Shown: piece after piece, positions 60,601 through 64,000 of the stretch
Numbering within the stretch: the stretch's first letter is position 1
How the letters are laid out: the number at the start of each line of letters is the position of its first letter
Assembly: GCA_965603825.1 (NCBI GenBank)
Contig: CBFDEM010000062.1
Span: 806,001-870,000, forward strand
Direction of reading: 5' to 3'
Length of the DNA stretch: 64,000 nucleotides
Source: Blepharisma stoltei ATCC 30299
Lineage: Eukaryota > Protista > Ciliophora
Translations under genes and position numbers: made by a program
Notes under the pieces: model-generated
What the model was told of the DNA's origin: nothing
What the model saw: the letters and a program-made list of their open reading frames with translations, nothing else
Databases searched by the model: none

Positions 60601-63600
60601 AACAGACAGTGTTTGTGCTAAAGTAATATCCGGCGTTGCAAGTGCAAGTTGCTCCTGAGAGTGCTCCATTAGTTGGGCAGGAGCATTGAGGAGCTGCTGA
60701 CATATGAGTTGGATCGACGCAAGTCACACAAGTCCCAGCGGCTCCACTACATGTAGCGCAGTTGGTATTGCAAGCAGAACAAACAGTATTTGCGCTAAAG
60801 TAATATCCGGCGTTGCAAGTACATGTTGCTCCTGAGAGTGCTCCATTAGTTGGGCATGCGCATTGCGGAGCAACTGTCATATGGGTAGCATCAGAGCATG
60901 TTAAGCAATTCCCTGCGCTGGTTTCGCATGCAGCGCAGTTAGTATTGCAAGTAGAACAGACAGTATTCGTGCTAAAGTAATATCCGGCGTTGCAAGTACA
61001 AGTAGTATCTGAGAGAGCTCCGTTGGTTGGACATTGGCATTGTGGAGCAGCTGTCATATGAGTGGTATCAGAACATGTTAAACAGTTTCCTGCGTTATTC
61101 TGGCAAGTCGCACAGTTTGTATTACAAGCAGAGCAGACAGTGTTCGCACTAAAATAATATCCTGCCTTGCAAGTACAAGTTGTACCTGAGAGAGCTCCAT
61201 TAGTTGGGCAGGAACATTCAGGAACAGCAGTCATATGGGTAGGATCACTACATTGAGTACATGTATTTATTGCCCCTGAACAAGCTGTACACTGAGGAGC
61301 GCATGCTGAGCAAACAGTATTCGCACTAAAATAGAAGCCAGTATTGCAAACACAATTTGATCCGGTTTGTGCTGAATTTGCTGGGCAGGCACATGCTGGA
61401 GCTGCTGTCATATGAGTCGAATCTGCACAACTTACGCAACTATCAGCCGCACCACTGCAAGTCGCACAATTGGTATTACAGGCAGCACAAGTGCCAGGGG
61501 TTCCAAAGTAGCCTGAATTGCATTGGCAAGTTGTCTGCTGAGTATTATACGAAGCATGCTGATCTGTGCAGGCACAAACACCACCAGTAAGAGTAGTATC
61601 TTCAGGATCGTTACAGGACAAACAATTTCCTGCTGAATTTTCACAGGTTGCACATGGCGCTTGACATGGCAAACAATTACCGCCACTTTCATAGTAGCCA
61701 GCATCGCATGTAGTGCAGTCAGTAGCTGAATTGGTGCACGAAAGACATGGTGGTTCACATGCTTGGCAAACTCCAGCGTTGTTCCAATATCCTGTGTTGC
61801 AAACACAAGTATTAGTCCCAGTATTAAAAGTGGCATGGGCGTCTCTACATATGCAAGTTCCTGCGTTGTTTACCATGTTATCTGCATCATAGCAAGTTGT
61901 ACAGAATGCTGGAGTTCCAGTGCACTCAGCGCATGGAGGTGTGCATGCTGAGCAAACAGTATTCGCACTAAAGTAAAAACCGCTGTTGCAAATGCAAGTT
62001 GTTCCTGAGAGAGCTCCATTAGCTGGACATGCACATGCAGGAGCAGCTGTCATATGAGTTGGATCAACACAGGTGGCACAATTTGCTGCTGTACCAGTAC
62101 AGGAATCGCAGCTGGGGTTGCAAGCGGTGCAAGCAGTATTTGAGCTAAAGAAATAGCCAGTGTTACAAACACAATTTTGTCCTGAGAGAGATCCATTAGT
62201 AGGGCAGGCACATGTGGGAGTAGCTGACATATGAGTTGGATCGACGCAAGTAAGGCAATTGTTAGCAGCTCCACTGCATGTGGCACAGTTGGTATTGCAA
62301 GCAGAACAGACAGTGTCCGCGCTAAAGTAAAATCCAGTGTTGCAAGTACAAGTTGTGCCTGAGAGAGCTCCGTTAGCTGGGCATTGGCATTGTGGAGCAG
62401 CTGTCATGTGAATGGTATCAGAGCATGTTAAACAGTTTCCTGCGCTTGTTTGGCATGTAGCGCAGTTTGCATTACAAGCAGAACAGACAGTATCCGCGCT
62501 AAAGTAAAATCCAGTGTTACAAGTACAAGTAGTACCTGAGAGAGCTCCGTTGGTTGGACATTGGCATTGTGGAGCAGCTGTCATATGAGTGGTATCAGAA
62601 CATGTTAAACAGTTTCCTGCCGAGTTTTCGCACGTCGCGCAGGCTGGATTGCAAGCAGAACAGACAGTATCCGCGCTAAAGTAAAATCCAGTGTTGCAAG
62701 TACAAGTAGTACCTGAGAGAGCTCCGTTGGTTGGACATTGGCATTGTGGAGCAGCTGTCATATGAGTGGTATCAGAACATGTTAAACAGTTTCCTGCGCT
62801 TGTTTGGCATGTAGCACAGTTTGTACTACAAGCAGAACAGACAGTGTCTGCGCTAAAGTAAAATCCAGTGTTGCAAGTACAAGTAGTACCTGAGAGAGCT
62901 CCGTTGGTTGGACATTGGCATTGTGGAGCAGCTGTCATATGAGTGGTATCAGAACATGTTAAACAGTTTCCTGCGCTTGTTTGGCATGTAGCACAGTTTG
63001 TACTACAAGCAGAACAGACAGTGTCTGCGCTAAAGTAAAATCCAGTGTTGCAAGTACAAGTAGTACCTGAGAGAGCTCCGTTGGTTGGACATTGGCATTG
63101 TGGAGCAGCTGTCATATGAGTGGTATCAGAACATGTTAAACAGTTTCCTGCGCTTGTTTGGCATGTAGCACAGTTTGTACTACAAGCAGAACAGACAGTG
63201 TCTGCGCTAAAGTAAAATCCAGTATTACAAGTACAAGTTGTTCCTGTAAGTGATCCATTAGTTGGGCATGCGCATTGTGGAGCAGCTGTCATGTGGGTGG
63301 TATCAGAGCATGTTAAACAGTTTCCTGCGCTTGTTTGGCATGTAGCGCAGTTTGTACTACAAGCAGAACAGACAGTATCCGCGCTAAAGTAAAATCCAAT
63401 GTTGCAAGTACAAGTTGTACCTGAAAGAGCTCCGTTAGCTGGGCATTGGCATTGTGGAGCAGCTGTCATGTGAGTGGTATCAGAGCATGCTAAACAGTTT
63501 CCTGCGCTTGTTTGGCATGTAGCGCAGTTTGCATTACAAGCAGAACAGACAGTATCCGCGCTAAAGTAAAATCCAGTGTTGCAAGCACAAGTTGTACCTG

Positions 63601-64000
63601 AAAGAGCTCCGTTAGCTGGGCATTGGCATTGTGGAGCAGCTGTCATGTGAGTGGTATCAGAGCATGCTAAACAGTTTCCTGCGCTTGTTTGGCATGTAGC
63701 GCAGTTTACATTACAAGCAGAACAGACAGTATCCGCGCTAAAGTAAAATCCAGTGTTGCAAGCACAAGTTGTGCCTGAGAGAGCTCCGTTAGCTGGGCAT
63801 TGGCATTGTGGAGCAGCTGTCATGTGAGTGGTATCAGAGCATGTTAAACAGTTTCCTGCGCTTGTTTGGCATGTAGCGCAGTTTGTACTACAAGCAGAAC
63901 AGACAGTATCCGCGCTAAAGTAAAATCCAATGTTGCAAGTACAAGTTGTACCTGAAAGAGCTCCGTTAGCTGGGCATTGGCATTGTGGAGCAGCTGTCAT
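57626..64000 (-). CDS. Giant Cys-rich GPI-type surface protein, over 2124 aa, 5' end beyond the window
   Basis: Open frame to the window edge. Same 59-aa unit as the 3698 gene; C-terminus DRSSGALELGISWLLLGFVSFFYLI. Confidence 0.92.
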   Translation of the reverse strand: MTAAPQCQCPANGALSGTTCTCNIGFYFSADTVCSACSTNCATCQTSAGNCLTCSDTTHMTAAPQCQCPANGALSGTTCACNTGFYFSADTVCSACNVNCATCQTSAGNCLACSDTTHMTAAPQCQCPANGALSGTTCACNTGFYFSADTVCSACNANCATCQTSAGNCLACSDTTHMTAAPQCQCPANGALSGTTCTCNIGFYFSADTVCSACSTNCATCQTSAGNCLTCSDTTHMTAAPQCACPTNGSLTGTTCTCNTGFYFSADTVCSACSTNCATCQTSAGNCLTCSDTTHMTAAPQCQCPTNGALSGTTCTCNTGFYFSADTVCSACSTNCATCQTSAGNCLTCSDTTHMTAAPQCQCPTNGALSGTTCTCNTGFYFSADTVCSACSTNCATCQTSAGNCLTCSDTTHMTAAPQCQCPTNGALSGTTCTCNTGFYFSADTVCSACNPACATCENSAGNCLTCSDTTHMTAAPQCQCPTNGALSGTTCTCNTGFYFSADTVCSACNANCATCQTSAGNCLTCSDTIHMTAAPQCQCPANGALSGTTCTCNTGFYFSADTVCSACNTNCATCSGAANNCLTCVDPTHMSATPTCACPTNGSLSGQNCVCNTGYFFSSNTACTACNPSCDSCTGTAANCATCVDPTHMTAAPACACPANGALSGTTCICNSGFYFSANTVCSACTPPCAECTGTPAFCTTCYDADNMVNNAGTCICRDAHATFNTGTNTCVCNTGYWNNAGVCQACEPPCLSCTNSATDCTTCDAGYYESGGNCLPCQAPCATCENSAGNCLSCNDPEDTTLTGGVCACTDQHASYNTQQTTCQCNSGYFGTPGTCAACNTNCATCSGAADSCVSCADSTHMTAAPACACPANSAQTGSNCVCNTGFYFSANTVCSACAPQCTACSGAINTCTQCSDPTHMTAVPECSCPTNGALSGTTCTCKAGYYFSANTVCSACNTNCATCQNNAGNCLTCSDTTHMTAAPQCQCPTNGALSDTTCTCNAGYYFSTNTVCSTCNTNCAACETSAGNCLTCSDATHMTVAPQCACPTNGALSGATCTCNAGYYFSANTVCSACNTNCATCSGAAGTCVTCVDPTHMSAAPQCSCPTNGALSGATCTCNAGYYFSTNTVCSACNTNCATCQNNAGNCLTCSDTIHMSAAPACACPANGSLTETTCTCNTGYFFSSATTCTACASQCATCANSNTNCLTCTDTTHTTAAPACSCPENSALTGGSCVCSPGFYYSTPTVCSACNSPCSECSTSSNTCTNCINGYYLHGNVCTTCTAPCATCSDSPTTCQSCDDSEHMTLNVDGTCTCTDPNASFNTGTATCQCNSGFTSIAGECTACELPCTQCSTSISTCTACVNGFWLNQNTCSACNPPCAQCSTSATTCTVCNDINNMNLNPTTNTCTCKDPNASFVVESKVCICNSGYFNNGGTCDTCQTPCLQCSGTAQTCQSCVAGYYLSGNNCIACDPTCTACSGSSTSCTSCANGYWLSGSTCTACSGQCATCRNSAANCVTCSDPTHMSATPNCSCPTNGALVGAACQCNAGYYYSTNTVCSACDPECATCQTNSATCTACIDPTHMSAAPTCSCPTNGALQGQTCVCNVGYFYSSDTVCSACAPNCNSCVTSLNNCLTCTDSTHMSAAPACACPALSTLVEAACVCNTGYYFSSSTQCSACGTQCATCTVSSNNCATCIDSTHMSSAPTCACPDESTLSNNACVCNEGYFFSSNTVCSPCVNGCKTCNSPASCQACYDPKAAYNSQLNQCICNDEHAYISPSTNMCVCNAGYFSDPNNSGICTSCSEGCKVCTSLANCQTCWDPNMTIDSDGSCSCDDPNSTFNDNQNLCVCNNGYFQNGSTCVACSLGCKTCNSAVECTQCFDTAQQSLINGACLCNGTPAWTYNSATQTCVCSVGYYQNGNTCDQCPAGCVTCTAANNCQTCSDPHSTLKNGICVCNDPNAGFKQNDPNCICNSGFYENVDTCTQCQSGCEVCGSATFCTQCFEANMTNTGKGNCVCSYELQTFNPTTHQCSCPLHTYADEDTQTCQKCDETCSNCQAKNNCLDCYDADNMVNNRNGTCSCIGTSKRFSNSTDTCIDRSSGALELGISWLLLGFVSFFYLI
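61950..64000 (-). repeat. At least 11 tandem 177-nt coding repeats, with further diverged blocks at about 58780-61440
   Basis: Unit MTAAPQCQCP(A/T)NGALSGTTCTCNTGFYFSADTVCSACSTNCATCQTSAGNCLTCSDTTH; several consecutive copies are nearly nucleotide-identical. Confidence 0.95.

Noticed and set aside
1-64000. Telomeric repeats, transposases, IESs, rRNA
   Set aside because: No C4A2-type telomere tract, transposase motif, terminal inverted repeat or rRNA was seen. IESs cannot be called without a MAC/MIC comparison.

Overview
This is AT-rich, very gene-dense eukaryotic DNA, most likely the macronuclear genome of a heterotrich ciliate of the Blepharisma type. Two direct observations support this. First, TGA is read as Trp: it sits in frame at invariant Trp positions (kinase DI*S, PP2C SDGV*D, BEACH YPVFP*I and LPL*A), while all reconstructed genes end in TAA or TAG. 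Second, the introns I could place are GT-AG and only 15-16 nt long. The supplied ORF track therefore fragments most genes. Rebuilt, the window holds about 25 protein genes and a tRNA-His. They include three Cys-rich GPI-type surface proteins (two built on the same 59-aa repeat), an XMAP215/TOG protein, a CDPK, two PP2Cs, a Kelch protein, a BSD protein, a Tctex-1 dynein light chain missed by the track, a 1728-aa LRR protein, eIF4E, proteasome alpha-3, a 2540-aa BEACH-WD40 protein, two tandem MFS transporters and a TauE/SafE transporter. The most interesting candidates are: an ankyrin-repeat/RRP6-like 3'-5' exonuclease fusion with a GST-C-like N-terminus; a mitochondrion-targeted, apparently catalytically dead AAG/MPG glycosylase homologue; two divergent genes whose start codons are 7 nt apart; an array of kinase-consensus motifs in XMAP215 next to a CDPK gene; complete avoidance of TGA-Trp in probable high-expression genes; and a TPR/ZZ gene interrupted by a single in-frame TAA. 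All family assignments come from motif recognition by eye, and all counts are by hand.
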